A stretch of 64,000 nucleotides of DNA from Selaginella moellendorffii (GCF_000143415.4 NW_003314306.1:1245129-1309128), one strand, 5' to 3'. Counted from the stretch's first letter, positions 20,087-33,255 are shown. Made by a program: numbers and translations. The notes: a model not told the origin generated them from the letters alone.

Positions 20087-22529
20087 CATACAAGGTCAAT
20101 GTCGTTTTCTTGTCTTTGCAAAAGCGCTTGTCCAGGAAGCCTGCAAGCTCCAGGGATTTTCAGTTGGATTGTTGGTTGAAGCTCTGGGGATTTGTGTGCC
20201 GCAGGAGTGGTTTGCTGGAAAGAAGATCTGCAACATGTTCTATCCAGTCCGGAACTTCCACTCCTTCCTCCAAGAAGTGGAAGATCTCACACTGTTTTGA
20301 ACTTCTGGATTCGATGGTGGTGGAGGTGGCAAGAACGCAAGCTTGTCCATGGCATGGAAAGGCTCAAACTATCCACATCTTGCTGGTTGGCTTGCCTGGA
20401 AGCAGCAAGTCTTCTGTTGAGCAATTGCCATAAACTATATTGAATTGTTGGAGAATGATCAGATTCAACTTGCTAGAGTGGTTTTCCAGCAAGAGAGCTT
20501 ACAATGGATAAAGTGTGCTTCATAATGACCATTTTACTTGATTTAATTAATTTATCATTTGGTAAGTTGATTGATCAAGTCATTAATTTATTAGTCAATT
20601 CATGAATCTATTAAATTGACAAGTTGATTGATCATTTCATGAGTTGGTTGGGTTGGTTGATGAGTTGATGATTCAATTAATATATAGTTTCTAAACACAC
20701 TCTTTACTTAAATCTATGTAAGAGCTTAAACTACCATCTCTGTTGCTCTCTGGAATAAAAGTATAATTCAAGATGTTATAGAGCATAGATAATATTCCTA
20801 GAACATGAGTGGATATTCTATATGGGGTATATCTTCCCTTGCAAGTTTAGAGTATGAGTGATTGAGGTGATCATGGTGGGATAAATCAATTCCTAGCTAG
20901 CCTATTCAAATTCCATGTGATTTTTTTTGTTCTTAGCACAATTCTAATTCTCAATGAGATTCACTGCCATTATCACAAATTCTTTAATTTCTTTAAGTTT
21001 TCTTTGGGTTTTGATACTCATGGCTAAAAACTTTAATTTTCAGACTTGTAAATTTGTGATACCAAAGGATAGAAAGATAATATACAAGCCCATCTACTCA
21101 ATTTGCTGAAAAATAAAAAACTAAGGTTTAATTTATAAATCATGCAATTAAATTTGAGACAAGACCATTAGTGGTGTATGCTCTTTATAAGTTACTATTT
21201 TCTCAGATCTTTTTGGCTCTTGAAAAATCTACTTTCAAGGTTTTTAGTTTTTGCTTATTCAATTCATTCTCTTGCAAGATTTTGTCATTTCTTGATTGTT
21301 TGAGTGGTTTTTTCTCTTTGTCTTGTGATTTCTATGAGTGTTTTTTCTTCCTTTCTAGAAAGAACTTGAGGAGAGCTTCTTCTTGAGTCCTATCTTGAAT
21401 CTCATATCATTTTTATTTTTTTTGGTATTGTTTATGAGGAATTTAGAACTTTCTTGCTGTTTATTTGCTTGGATTTTGTAAGATTTGTTTTGTCCAAGAG
21501 CTAGAGCAGGTAATAGCTTTCCAAAAGAGTTTTATCTCATGAGTTTTGGTGCTATATGTCAAGAGATCTAGCGTCATTTCTCTTCTTGCATTATCCATGG
21601 GAAGTTTGGAGCTTTCTCACCTATTTTTTACTTGACTTTTTGTGTTGTAGGCTAGATTTCTAGGAGTGCATCTCAATCAATGAGTTTTCTTTATTAGTTG
21701 CATTTTTCAAGTGTGAGCATTTTGATCTTGACATGGAGCAACTAACAATCCACTTTCTCCTGTGTACTATAGCTCTACCTATGTTTAATCCTACTTCAGG
21801 GTTTCTTTTAGAGACCATATTACAATTTTATCAAATCATATCTTGATTGATGGGGTATAATATTTGGAGTTCACAAGCTTGTTGGCAGGGAAAATGCAGG
21901 CTTTAATAGATGAAGATTTCTTTATACTGCTTCTTTTGTTTCATAAGGTGTTTGAAATTGAGAAGGGCTCACAAGAGCTGTTTTGTGAGCTTTTCCTCTT
22001 CTAGGGCAGCAACAAATCTAAACTTGATTACATGCTGTGATTTAAACAATACTAGAAGATTTGTCAAAGGAAGGAGGTAAGGGAGGAGAATTTGGTTATT
22101 TCCACATATATAACCAAACTCTAGCTAAGGATTTAGTAAAAAGTGGCTAAGCAATGCCATTCCAAGTGTATAACCATGCCATGGAGATTGAGAATGATTT
22201 AATATATGAGTTAAGTGTTTCTAGTGTGGTAGAGATGCTTGGGCCATCTCTTACTATAGTAGTGTATGCCATCTCTAGGACATAACTGCCAACCTTTAAT
22301 GCCATTATGGCACCAGCCACAAGCTCTTTCATTCCCATCATGGACTTAGCTTTAACAATACAAGTCTCTATTACTGCAACAACAAAACTTTATACTCCAA
22401 CAACAATGGCAAGAGTGGCTTCTATAAGAACTCCACACTTTTAGGGTACAAGCCTCTTCTCATGTCATTATTGCTCACACTATGATTTTCAAACAATGAC
22501 AATCATTGCTGGAATGTTTTTCTTTACAA

Positions 22530-22960
22530 AGCACTAGAGTGGAGTGCATGGGTGCCCAAATGAATATTCAATGGCTGTGCTTTATCACCTGTCGCATAGG
22601 ACACTTGGTCCAGACCCAAGAAATCGATCAAAAGAGCAAGAGAAGAGGAAGGCTGAAACATGAGAAGCACAGGCAAAAGGAACTGAAATTTTGAGTGATC
22701 TTATGTTTTTTCCAATTAGACTTGTCCATAAACGAAGCCTTAACGAACTCAGCTGAAATAATTGTACACATCTGCACAATATCAAGCTCCTCACTGTGAA
22801 CAAACTTTCTCTGTTCTAGGCTCGCCCTGACCACTCCTCAGGAGGAATAGATTATCTGGAATTCTGTTCTTGGTGAAAGCAGCTATCGTCGTGAGACCCC
22901 TGATGTTGCAGGAGCGGCTGTAAGTGCTCAGCAAGAACGCAAGTGGCACTCTTCATCTTA
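22530..22960 (-). repeat. Inverted dispersed copy of the chimeric segment at 41890-42300 (partly PPR-derived)
   Basis: Both translate to VRASLEQRKFVHSE. The flanking part resembles the PPR gene at ~39380-39530. Confidence 0.8.
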
Positions 22961-23179
22961 AGCACAGCAAGATGTTCGTCCTATCAAGTTCTCTCTCTCT
23001 TTCTTCCTGTACCTTTTAATATTATAGATGAAAATATTACACTTCAGAGTAAGATGGTATAAATTATAAATTGATCAATTGGATTAATAAATAATACTAA
23101 ATAGTAATAACACTGTTGCATGCAAGAAACAAAATTTTATTGTAAGTCACACTTAAAATCTTTCTAGTCCAAATCACAT

Positions 23180-25772
23180 GTTACAATTCAAAGTTAAGAG
23201 GATGAAAGTTGAGTTTGTGAGCTTGACAAAAGACTCCCACACTTTCTTGCATTCCTTCAGGCCCACAAGCAAACACTCCCACGTACTCCTTCCTTCCTTT
23301 TGAATGCTCCGGAATAATGTCTGCACAGAATCAAACGCCTAATCCCTCTCTTAAGTCTGATTCATCAATTCACCTTGAAACTCCGGATGCTTTCCATACT
23401 GAATGTTGGTTGGCTTGAGTCCAACTTCAGTTGAAATGGAACCCATATGGCGCATCTACAAGGTGCAAGTCTTTTCCTTTCCACCAGTTCCAAGCGAGAA
23501 TCGTTGCTCCACCGAAGAACACAACTCCAGCAACGTATTCCATGAGCAAGCTGAAACCCCTCCCTGCTCTGGAGAAAGCTTTGTAGGTGTTCTGGTCTTG
23601 TGGAAAGATGTAATAGCGATGAATAACTCCGGCAAGGAGCATGTAACCAAGGAAAGATGCCAAGATCGTTGCAGCATATAGTCTGTAGCCCTGAGTTCTC
23701 GAGATTCCTCTAACTTGCTTCTTGACCTTACTGATGTCTTGTGATGGAGAAGGCTCGGCACACACTGATGCTGTTGTTGCTCTTCCAGCAAACTTGACAA
23801 TGTCCAGCTTTTCATCGTAGACCCCATTGTCCAGGGCTTGTTGCTTCTCTCCTATATCTTGGCGAGTAACATAAGCTTGAATGTCAATTTGAAGAGTTTG
23901 TATGAATATTGTTTTGAGAATGCCAAGCTCATCCAGCTTCCTCACCGCCCACACAAGAAAAATCTTCTCCAGTGGAGTGCGCTGCTTTGTTTGGACCTTG
24001 TGGAGAAGATCCTTGATAATCGATAGAAAAGGAGCTATTCCACTTCCCCCAGCAACGAATAAGTACATTTTGTATCTAACAAAGTAACCCATCATAAGAG
24101 CAAAGTCATATATTTAATACACTTACATATGCAAATAGTCAATGTTATGCCCGTGGGGACTTGGATTCTCGTTGGAAATACTTCTGTAACCCTCTTGGAT
24201 GAAGAGCTCCCTGAGTTTGTATGTCCATTTTCCACTTCACTTCACTAAAATCGAGAGCTTGTCAAACTCGACTCCAGAGCAGGAGGTGACTGTAAATGAA
24301 TGCCACTGCAGACTTGAAGTCGCAGGGAGGTTCACAAAAATCACACTTGCTGCGTCATATCTGCAAAAATAAGAACAAAAAATATTAATACAGATATTAA
24401 AAAAATAGATAAGTATAATACTTGGGAGTTTTGCAAACGTCAGCTCTATGGTCTCACTACAGATCATCCTTGCCGATACCACCTCAACATGCCTTCTGGA
24501 TTGTAAGAGCCTGAATAGTCTATCGCTCTACATTTTGTTTGTGATTGGATTCGTTTTTCCATGTGGGAGAGAAATGGCTTGCCATGATAGTATAATAAAA
24601 GAGCTCAAATCTCTGCTTGTGAACAGAATTGAGTGATGTGACCCAAATAATCAGGCCAACAATCCATGCAATCGTCTTCTCCCACAAAATAAAATGGACC
24701 AAAAACAGAATAAAGTTTAAAAATTGTAAAAAAAAGGTTTACCTCTTTGGATTGTGAGAAATTGACACAATCCAAATGTGATAGCGGATCGAGTGCTCAA
24801 CATTGATAAGCTGGACAAGGGAGGAAAATCTTGCAACTGGAAAGAAAAGAAATGCAAACGGGACGGCCCAAGCCTGCCTCCAACGATGTTAAACTTCCTC
24901 TGCCACCTTCTTGTTTCAATCAAGAAAAGTACATCTCAGTTGAGAGTTCGTGACTTTGAGACACTTAATACTTACAAAGGATCCATGTGGTCGCTCATTC
25001 CGGGATGCGTCATGAATGGAATATTGATCCTGTAGAAAGATCTTGAGGTGTTTAGCGGTCATCCAAGCAAACAAAGCCACAAAAGCCCCAAGCAGCGCCA
25101 ACTCGGATAATGAGATTAGCGCTAATGGGACTCTAACAAACACTGGATAGTTCCATGGATTTATCTTAAGTGGCTTCATGGTCCTGCATAAAAGAAAGAA
25201 AAAGAGGATGCTTAAATTATTATCAAAGAAGAATTTGAGATTCTAGCTCACTTGCTTCTCTTGCTGTAACTTAGATAAATGGCTCTAACAAACGCCACCA
25301 GGAGTATGGGGGAGAAGTAAATAAGCGTGTATGCCCCTGGAAGAATCACAGTGAGCAGTGCTATCAACTTCCTGGCGCGATTATATACCAGTGTCGCGAT
25401 ATGCTTTGGAGGAGACATGACGAAGAACAGGATTCCAGAATCCACGTTCTCGTTGGCCTCATGAGGAACAGGGCGTCGCCCAGGATCGCGCCCAGTATTA
25501 ATCTGGCAAGAGAATATTCTGGCAAAGCCATTTGTAGTATGATCTTCGCAAAGCACCGGACACTTTGATAGGTCCTTGGTGTAAGAAATTCTCGAAATTA
25601 TTGCCTTCTCCCTCTCCTCCAGCGCCAGAGCCCGGTGTCCCTGTGTTTGCCATGCCAAGGATTCCAGAAATTTTTTGTCCAAGTTCTCGTTGGCTTCATG
25701 ATCCAGATCATCATCCATCTTGCAAAGACAATCGCCATGAAAGCCTTGGCAGCAACACGAAGAAAAGCCATT
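23180..25772 (-). pseudogene. FRO: FRO ferric reduction oxidase pseudogene (tandem paralog)
   Basis: MAFLRVAAKAFM..WIMKPT; INPWNYPVFVR; WHSFTVTS; FVAGGSGIAPF; FHPLNFEL*. Shows frameshifts, deletions (no middle TM exon sequence, no EGP motif), an inverted block and a second copy of exon 1. Confidence 0.85.
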
Positions 25773-26108
25773 GCGGATGAGAGGAATAGCCTCTGTCTAG
25801 TCTATAGTCATGCAAAAGCTGTACACCCTTGCTTCATGCAAAATAGTACATAAAATTGTCAACTCCCCTTTTGCAAACTCGAGGGATTAATCCTCGTATA
25901 TTTTAGTGGTGGATTTTGCCCAAGTGAGCTTCAAGTGTTTGTTCGTTGTCAAACAAAGAGTTTTCTTTTTGTTTTCTGCGCCTGTGATTGCGCCGTGATG
26001 TGGAGATCCCTCGCGTAAAGCATCACGCAAGAATTTGCTACAGGTATGATCCTTCCCGCTTCCAAACAATACTCATCTTTGTTCCTTTTTGATTCCAAAA
26101 AGAAAAGT

Positions 26109-28619
26109 TTAGAGCTCAAAGTTTAATGGGTGGAAGTTGAGCTTGTGATCTCGGCACTGGAAACCCACATTCCTTTGCATTCCCTCGGGTCCACAAGCGA
26201 AGACTCCAGTGCATTCCTTGTTTTTGCTTGCGTGCTCAGAGAAGATCTCTGTGACGAAAAAACGCAACTTAGATCACAAATCGAATTTCTCCTTGCTTGA
26301 GGAGCTGCTTACCTTGGAAATCCGGGCGTCTTCCATAAACCACTTTGCTTGGTCTCATTTTCGTCGAGCTTGGGTCTATCACTGGCGCGTCTACAAGATT
26401 AGAGTCTCGTCTCGACTTGGACCAGTTCCACAGGAGGATAGTTCCACCACCAAAGGCACAAATGGCGACCACGTACTCCAGAAGCGACGCAAATCCTCTA
26501 CCCGATATCGAGCAAACTTGGTACGTATTGTGATCCATCGGATAGATGTAGAAGCGGTGCACCAGTCCCGCGATGAGCATGTATCCTGCGAACGATGCCA
26601 GGATTGTTGCTGCATACAGCTTGTAGCCAAATGTCTTTGCCACTGCTCTAACTTTCTTCGCGTTTGGATTTCCAGATGATGCCGCGCGTCCCGCGAAATG
26701 GATGACGGACTTATGATCGAGCTCGTTCAACTTGACGGGGGATTCGAGATCACTTTCGCTCTCACGAGTGACATAAGCATGAAGTTCCAAGAAATCCGCG
26801 GCGGAGAAATCGGGAGCGATGGAAGAAGGTGAGATGGAATGCAGAATCTGGAGCTCCTCGGAGAACTTGACTGCCAGAATGAAAACGATTTTCTTTGGTG
26901 CAAGCCTGAGCTTGTTGTGGACTTTGTAGAGCAAGTCCTTAAGGATTGAGATGAATGGTCCGACTCCACTTCCTCCGGCCACGAAGATCAAAGTTGGATA
27001 TCTGCAGCACAAAGGTGTGAGGTTTAATGCATTTTGAGCCCAAAAACTTACGCATGAAGATGATCCAGCTCGTGACCATGAGGACCTTCAACTGCTGCTT
27101 CAAAGTGTACGGGATAGTTGTGTGAGTTCTCGTTGAGACGCTCCTGATCGAGCAGCGACTTGAGTTTGCAGGTCCAGCTTCCACTGCATTTCACGAAAAT
27201 AGTAATTCGATCCACGTCCACAGTTGAGCATGATGTAACAGTGAAAGGATGCCACTGCAATCTCGAGATGGCTGGCAAGTTGAGAAAGATCACACTTGCG
27301 GCCGGGTACTTCAAATCTGTCCAAGTAAGTCATAAGTTAACAGCGAAGAACAGAAAAATGTATCTGCTTTTCACCAGGAACTTTAGCGAGAGTGAGCTCC
27401 AGAGTTTCTGGAGAGATGACTTTCGCCGAGACCACCTCAACGTGCCTCATCGATTGCAAGAACCGGAAGAGTCTATCGATGAAGAAGAGAAACACTCCGG
27501 CGATAACAATGGCGAGCCATCCCTCCCCGAGGTGAAGAGCAAAGCCAACGATGAAGACAAAGTAAAGCTGGTGTGTGTGGTAAAAGAGCTCGAATCTGTG
27601 CTTCCGGACTGGAGCTAGAGAAGTCCCCCACATCAGAAGGCCGACGATCCAAGTAAACAATCCAGTAAGCCCACTTATGTCGATCTTGTGCCACCTTACA
27701 AGCTGCAAGAGAGAAACCAAATAAGGTCTTTTCTCGAAAACTTTGATACCTCTTGTGATTTGTTTGCCATTGTCCAGTAGAGGATATAAACCAAGCCATG
27801 GACAGTCCAGAGGAACATCGTGATATGCCCCGTCCAAATGTGGTACCGCACGGCATGCTCGAATGGTATGTTTATCAGCCGGAAGAGTGAAGAGAGCCGC
27901 GCGACTGGGAAGAAGAGAAACGCAAAAGGGACGGCTCCAGTCATACCAAAGACTTTTCCAACAATGTTGAACTTTCGTTCCCATCTGGAAGCCAGCAAAA
28001 AAAGTGACAAGATTTTTTCTTCTCTTTTTTGTTTGTCAATCACTTACAGTGGTCCCAGTGTTATAGGCCTTCCCATCCAGTCGAAAGGGACATTGATCCT
28101 ATCGAAAGAGCCCTTCATGTACTTTGCAAGAGTCCATGTGTATAAGGCAATGGAAGCTGTGAGAAGCGCGAGCTCGGCGAGAGAAATCAGTGCCAGTGGT
28201 CCTCGGAGAAAAACCGGATAAGTCCACGGATTAACTTTGAGAAACTTTCTCAATCCCCTGGAAGATTGATGAGAAAAGGGTGAGTTTTAACTAAGTTCTC
28301 TTAACTCGTTGGTGTTCGTGTGCTTCTTGGTGTGGCTCAGGTAGAGCGCTGCGATGAATGCCATGAAGAGAACCGGAGCAGTGTAGATGAGCGTGTAAAC
28401 TCCTGGAAAAAGGGTAACATAAAATTCTCGGTGTTGATCTAAGAAGGGAAAGATCTTACCAGTTTGTCCGTAGGATTTGAGAGAAACACGCTCGGCAATC
28501 GGCCCCGAGAAATGGGTGAAGAACGCTGATGTTGGAGACATGATCCACACGAGAATCCATCCAGCGAACACCAAGAACATGAAGAACTTGAAGACGAATC
28601 CACGAATCGAAGCTCCCAT
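26109..28619 (-). CDS. FRO: Ferric reduction oxidase (ferric-chelate reductase, FRO2-like)
   Basis: Multi-exon. Heme His motifs RYHIWTGH..VH and FYHTHQLY..LH, FAD-binding QWHPFT, EGPHG, NADPH-binding FVAGGSG, CGP, C-terminal FHPLNFEL*. Confidence 0.93.
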
Positions 28620-28769
28620 CTTCCTGGAAACTTTTTGTTCTATGGCTGCCGGCAAAAAGGATTTAGAATGTAGAACAAGCACGAGAGTCAAAATAAGTAT
28701 GCAGTGGATGACGACAATGCAAAAATATTGGTATTCTTACACGAAATATAGCTTTTTTTTATCGCGTGA

Positions 28770-28853
28770 CACGTGGTGCAATGTGGTCGCGCCATCTTGG
28801 CTAGCCCGTATGAAAATTTCTAGGGTTTCGCGAAACGAAGAAGACTCCAGAAG
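28770..28853. promoter_or_regulatory. G-box (CACGTGG) and heat-shock-element-like motifs in the FRO/HSP70 divergent promoter
   Basis: CACGTGG at 28770; TTCgcGAA at ~28827; GAAgaCTCcaGAA at ~28840. Confidence 0.5.
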
Positions 28854-28931
28854 GTACTCTGGTGCTGTTCTTGGCGGCTTTCTTAGCCGCGCTTTCTTCC
28901 TCTTGGCAGTGTAGATCGCGCCAGGAGTGAG

Positions 28932-30749
28932 ATGGCTGCCGAATCCAGTCCCAGCTACATTGTCACGGGTGAGCCGATGATCGACGAGCCTCCCGATGGC
29001 TCCACCGCGCTTCCAGCGCCGCTGGAATCCAGCGCCGCCATCGGCATCGACCTGGGCACCTCGAGCTCCGCGGTGGCGGTGTGGAGGAATGGGAGAGTGG
29101 AGGTCTTCCAGTGCCCGGAGGATCGCAAGAGCTTGCCCGCCTACGTGCTCTTCAGCGACACGCCCACCGGGATCAACAAGGTCGGCGGCGGCGCGAGCGA
29201 GGACGAGCTCTGGTCTGGGCGCGCGATCTTTGGCGCCAAGAAACTGGTGGGTAGAACCGACACCGATCCGATCGTCCAGAGCTGCCGCGAGAAGTACCCA
29301 TTCCTGATCGAGAGCCTGGGGATCGGACTCAAGCCCTTCCTTGGCGCTCGCGGCAGTAACAACATCTGGAGATCCACCACCCCGGAGGAGATCCTCGCGT
29401 TGCAGCTCATGGAGCTCCGCGCCATCGCCGAGTTCCACCTTGGGAGGATCGTCCGCTCGGCCGTGGTGACCGTCCCGGTTTGCTTCTCGCGCTTCCAGCT
29501 CATGACGATCGAGCGGGCGTGCGTCATGGCGGGGCTCCAAGTTGCTCGGCTTATGCCCGAGCCCACCGCCGCCGGCCTCGTCTACGCCCAGATGATCCAG
29601 CAGCAGGGAATCTCAGCTCCAGTCTCGGCCAGCGCCGCCGAGAAGCTCGCGCTGATCTTCAACATGGGCGCTGGCTACTGCGACGTCGCCATCACCGCCA
29701 CCGCCGGGGGAGTCTCGCAGATCCGGGGCCTCGCTGGGGAGGCGTTTGGAGGCGAGGAGCTCCTCCAGAACTTGGTCAGCTATCTCGTCTCCGAGATGAT
29801 CCCGCAGCTCGGGCACAGCCCCGCCAAGGCGGCGTTGGCGATCGCTACTGGGCGATTGAGATTCGCGGCGGAGAGAGCCATGCACGCGCTGTCGATCGAG
29901 CCGGACGCGCTGGTGGAGATGGAGCTTGGCAACGGGCAGATCTTCTCCAGGAGCGTGACGAGGGAGGTGTTTGAGGATCTCAACGCCGGAGTATTTGCCC
30001 GGTGCTCGAGCCTGGTGGTCGGGTGCCTGAGAGACGCGGACGTGGAGCCGGTGGCTATCTCCGACGTGATCGCGGTCGGGGGAGCTTCCAGCGTCCCCGG
30101 CGTCAAGGAGGCGCTGGAGAAGATCTTCGGCGCCAGGAAGATGGAGGCGCTGCTGCACAACCAGATCCAGAGCTCGGGGATCGACACGTCCGAGGCGGCA
30201 GCGCGCGGGGCGGCGCTGGAGGGCGCGATCATGTCTGGGGTGACGGACCCGAACGGGAGCTTGGATCTGCTCACCATCCAGGCTATGGCGTCCAGCGTGG
30301 GAGTGGCACTCTTGGGCGGTGAGTTCCAGCCCATCCTCCACAAGAACTCGATGATCCCGGCCCGGAGGGACGTGGTGGTGACGACCAGCCGCGACAACCA
30401 GCGGGACGCACTGATCGTGGTGTACGAGGGCGAGAGCAAGAACGCGAGGAGCAACCATTTGCTCGGGTTCTTCAAGCTCGCGGGGCTACCAGCGGCGCCC
30501 AAGGGCGTGCCGCTCATCACTGTGTGCGTGGACGTGGACGCGTCCAATGTGCTGAGGGTGATGGCGGGAGCTTGCCTTCCCAAGGATTGTGGCGGCGATG
30601 GTAGCGGCGGAGTGGCGGCGCTCGAGCTCCGGGAAGTGAGGATGCCAACCGTGGACGACGGGCATGACTGGTGCGTGGAAGCTCTCTGGAACAAGCACGG
30701 GGATAGCATGGACGTGGTTCTCCTCCAGCAACCAGTGCCTATGAGTTGA
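28932..30749 (+). CDS. HSP70-8: Atypical HSP70 (HSP70-8 / Hsp70T-2-like)
   Basis: Intronless 605 aa. GIDLGTS, WRSTTPEE, FSRFQL..ERAC.MAGL.V.RLMPEPTA, FNMGAGYCD and EVRMPTVDDGH.WC are characteristic of this subfamily. No EEVD tail. Confidence 0.9.
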   Translation: MAAESSPSYIVTGEPMIDEPPDGSTALPAPLESSAAIGIDLGTSSSAVAVWRNGRVEVFQCPEDRKSLPAYVLFSDTPTGINKVGGGASEDELWSGRAIFGAKKLVGRTDTDPIVQSCREKYPFLIESLGIGLKPFLGARGSNNIWRSTTPEEILALQLMELRAIAEFHLGRIVRSAVVTVPVCFSRFQLMTIERACVMAGLQVARLMPEPTAAGLVYAQMIQQQGISAPVSASAAEKLALIFNMGAGYCDVAITATAGGVSQIRGLAGEAFGGEELLQNLVSYLVSEMIPQLGHSPAKAALAIATGRLRFAAERAMHALSIEPDALVEMELGNGQIFSRSVTREVFEDLNAGVFARCSSLVVGCLRDADVEPVAISDVIAVGGASSVPGVKEALEKIFGARKMEALLHNQIQSSGIDTSEAAARGAALEGAIMSGVTDPNGSLDLLTIQAMASSVGVALLGGEFQPILHKNSMIPARRDVVVTTSRDNQRDALIVVYEGESKNARSNHLLGFFKLAGLPAAPKGVPLITVCVDVDASNVLRVMAGACLPKDCGGDGSGGVAALELREVRMPTVDDGHDWCVEALWNKHGDSMDVVLLQQPVPMS

Positions 30750-30790
30750 AAAAAGGTGGTTGTATTTAGGGTTAGGGCAAAGAAAATGTA

Positions 30791-30850
30791 TGACACGTGT
30801 TTGGAGATTACAGTGGCCACGAGCATTACTCGGATGCTTGCCACGTGTGT
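30791..30850. promoter_or_regulatory. Two G-boxes upstream of CRY-DASH
   Basis: GACACGTGT (~30792) and GCCACGTGT (~30840) within 120 bp of ATG 30909. Confidence 0.5.
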
Positions 30851-30908
30851 GGACAGGAGTGTTCTTGAGCTTTTGATTCAAATTTTCTTAGAGCCCGCTA
30901 GGGCGGCT

Positions 30909-33255
30909 ATGGTGGTTTCTAGCTGCTGCTTCAAGAGAGGGGGAACGCTTCTTCCCAGCTCGGATTTCTCGACTTTCTACGCAATTGGTGTGGGATTTCG
31001 TGATTCGAGGCTCTCGGCGGCAGCTCCTAAGGTGTCGAGGAGATTGGTGGCGACGAGAGGTAGATATCGTAGAATGTAGGTCAGGGAATTGCTGAGCGTG
31101 GCTCTGTTGGATTGCGCAGCGATGGCGGATGCGGTGGAGAGCATGATTCAGAGGTATAGCTCGGCGGGATCGAGCAGGAATGGCAAGGGCGTGTCGATAA
31201 TGTGGTTTAGGAACGATCTGAGGATCGTGGATAATGAGGCGCTCTTCAAGGCTTGGGCGTCTTCTTCGTCCGTGCTTCCGGTGTATTGTGTTGATCCGAG
31301 GCACTTTGGGACGACTCACTATTTTAAATTTCCAAAGACTGGAGGTAAGCTTGTGATTTCTTTTTACTTGGAGCTTTACTGATTTTCAAACGTGATATAG
31401 AACTGCGCGCACAGTTTCTTCTAGAAAGTCTGGTGGATTTGAAGAAAAACTTGAAGAAGAGGGGGTTGGACCTGGTAATTCGCTCTGGAAATCCAGAGTT
31501 TATACTACCTTCGCTAGTGGAGGCTGTAGGAGCTGATACCGTAAGTAAGTTTTACTCACTCTTTTTCTTTTGTTTGTGTTTCGTACTTATACCTTGCTGG
31601 TTTGCAGATTTATGCACAAGAAGAAACGTGTAGCGAAGAACTACAAGTGGAAAAAGCTGTTAAGAAGTCAATTGGCACGAAAGCAAAGCTTGAACTCGTA
31701 TGGGGCACAACCATGTATCATTTGAATGATCTGCCCTTCACTACTGCCAGGTTACCGGATGTTTACACACAGTTTCGCAAGGTAAGAAGTTGGCCTTCTT
31801 CGGTATGAATTGACTTTTATCGTCAGGCAGTTGAAAGCTCGTCCCGAGTAAGGCCTTGCCTGAAATTGCCCCAAACACTTGGTCCTCTTCCAGATAGCCT
31901 TGGAGAAAAAGTTGGGGACCTTGATAAAGTTCCAAACCTTAGCCACTTAGGATTGAGACCGCGAGAACAGGTGTGAAGCTCTATGTTTTACCAAGGCCTG
32001 ACACGATTTGATGTAATCAGAGCTCACTTGCGGCAATGCAATTTGCCGGTGGGGAAACAGCAGCCATTCAGAGGCTCTGTGAATACTTCTGGACTAAGGT
32101 ATCAATGTCATCTTTACTGTTTCGAATAAATATATCTTACACTGTTTTGTGCACTAGAACTGCTTACGTAACTACAAAGAGACGAGAAATGGGATGCTAG
32201 GTGCTGATTATTCAACAAAGTTTTCCCCTTGGCTGGCTTCGGGCAGCATATCACCTCGCTTTATCCACGAAGAGGCAAGTATTAAGTTTTCAGGATGCTT
32301 GTGTCAAATTCTCTGGCTTTCAGGTGAAAAGATACGAGAAAGAACGAACAGCAAACAACTCGACATACTGGTACTCAGCATTATCTATAATTGTTTCTAG
32401 CATCTTCTTTGGCAGGGTTCTGTTTGAGCTGATTTGGAGAGATTATTTTCGCTTTCTGTCAATGAAATATGGGAATTCTATATTTCATCTAGGTAAAGGC
32501 CTGTCTCACAATAGCAGAGACCAGTTTTAACATTACTTTATCCTCAGAAGGACCTCGTAAAGTGAGAACGAAATCCTGGAGCCAGGACAAAACGCTTTTT
32601 GAAGCCTGGCGTACAGGAACCACGGGGTATAAACGAGTGAACAAACGAGTGAATTTACTAATGAATCAAATGGACAGGTACCCTCTGATTGATGCAAACA
32701 TGAAGGAGCTGTATGCTACAGGTTTTATGTCGAATCGTGGTCGTCAGGTTTGGAAAACAAAAGAACGTAATTTCCTTAAGGAGTCTAACAAATCAACTTT
32801 CCAGATTGTTTGCTCGTTTTTGGTCCGTGATATGGGGATTGACTGGCGCATGGGAGCCGAGTGGTTTGAATCCTGTCTGCTGGATTACGATCCATGCTCT
32901 AACTATGGAAACTGGACGTATGGAGCTGGTAACTACATTTTTACGTTCAAGTTTAAGAAGCTTGACACGCCGAGTTTTTGCTGCAGGGGTTGGGAATGAT
33001 CCACGAGAAGATCGCTACTTCAGCATTCCCAAACAGGTATTCACTCTTTCAATTTACATCCTCAAAAACAATGGAAAACAGGCTCAAACTTATGATCCCG
33101 ATGGGAGCTATGTTTCTCACTGGATTCCTCAACTCCAAGAACTTCCCACTGATGCACGCCACTTTCCCAAGGTGGGCTACTTGAAAAAAATTGTCCCACT
33201 CAGATTTTCCAACCCGGGACGAACCTCTAAAACCTCTGCGAACTTCAGGAAGTGA
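30909..33255 (+). CDS. CRYD: Cryptochrome DASH (photolyase family) with N-terminal transit-peptide exon
   Basis: [77 protein letters not shown]. First exon splices in frame (AG|gtagat...cag|CG ATG). Confidence 0.95.

Noticed and set aside
20500-22450. AT-rich region with short ORFs
   Set aside because: CpG-depleted decayed sequence with no identifiable domain.
28737-30881. Long antisense and alternative-frame ORFs over HSP70
   Set aside because: Expected from high GC3 in an intronless gene. No protein motifs.
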